Shown here: in pieces, positions 63,152 to 64,000 of the stretch
Position numbering within the stretch: position 1 is the first letter of the stretch
How the letters are laid out: each line of letters starts with the position of its first letter
Origin: Octopus sinensis
Taxonomy: Eukaryota
Direction: 5' to 3'
Assembly: GCF_006345805.1 (NCBI RefSeq)
Contig: NC_043020.1
Coordinates: 12,834,001 to 12,898,000, forward strand
DNA length: 64,000 bases
The notes under the pieces: model-generated
Databases searched by the model: none
Seen by the model: only the letters and a program-made list of their open reading frames with translations
Told to the model about the DNA's origin: nothing
Translations under genes and position numbers: made by a program

Positions 63152-64000
63152 ACTTTTTCTATTCCTGAGCGTTATACTAATACATCTGTTTGTTTTGTAC
63201 ACCACCAGTCTTCGTCTTCTGTTTTTTTCGTAAACTCTCCCTATATATATATATATATATATAGATAGATAGATAAATAGAGAGAGAGAGAGAGAGAGCT
63301 CCTTGATACACGGAATCAGTCAATCACAGCTGTGCTGGAATCCCATTGAATCAATCCTGTAGCCCTTCTAATGTCAGAATTGATGGTATCAAGGATGCAC
63401 TATATATATAATATATATTGGCCTGCTCGCTTAGCCAGTGGGTCGGCGTCATTTGAAGGCTAAAACAATGCGAAGCACATTGTGACCAGCGATGTGTAGC
63501 AACATCTGATAGCCTGGTCGGTTCATCATCCTCATCATATTATATATATATATATATATATATAAAGGTGTCAACCGAATTTCATTTGTTTGGTACTGGA
63601 CAAGGTGCCACTCACTAGGATTGAACCTGAAACCACGCGGTTGTAAAGCAAACTTATTAATCACATTGCCATGCCTGTGTTTGTCTCTCTGTTTATTCTC
63701 TATAATCCAAATGAAAAGATACTGTTCAAAAATTTTCTAATTATATAAAATATATCTGCAAGGAATACAACCTCTTAACATTAATACTAAATATCTAAAT
63801 GTGTGTTATGTTTGTGCATATGTTGGTTGAACATATATGTTTTACTAATGTTCTTCTGTCGGATGGGTGGGTCTCTAAATTTATTTCAGTAGTTGAAGAA
63901 TAACAAGCCATCTCTTTTTATTAGTGGGTGATTTTTTTTAAAACTTGATTTATGATAAAATACTTGACAAGGCAGTAATAGTAAAATAGGTTATTACTAA

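Overview
AT-rich, microsatellite-dense animal genomic DNA. The tRNA-headed SINE families and TA/CA/AAT tracts look like an Octopus (coleoid cephalopod) genome; this is recognition, not a database result. The only clear host gene is on the minus strand. It has an 852-nt terminal exon (29054-28203) encoding a tyrosine-motif-rich tail that ends in a class I PDZ ligand (TLV), resembling an EGFR/ErbB-type receptor or docking-protein tail. An 83-nt penultimate exon (34398-34316) joins it in phase, and weaker upstream candidate exons lie at about 54.7 and 61.5 kb. The rest is intron or intergenic DNA full of mobile elements: a near-intact 1629-bp IR/DR Tc1 element with an open DD35E transposase, a Mutator/Foldback-type element with a 9-bp TSD and about 20 copies of a 60-bp higher-order repeat, piggyBac-type and 8-bp-TSD MITEs, at least four SINE families, four 3' ends of restriction-endonuclease-type (R4/Dong/HERO-like) LINEs clustered with five copies of a 550-bp partner element in (AAT)n tracts, an 85-bp satellite derived from a SINE tail, and several long fold-back palindromes. 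The most notable hidden layer is about ten minimal type I hammerhead-ribozyme motifs of the Penelope/retrozyme kind, from at least five short repeat families. One family has three copies that share a CUGU-N-GA (A6U) core, and several motifs are embedded in inverted duplications that would lock them in dsRNA. All ribozyme calls come from folding by eye and are untested.
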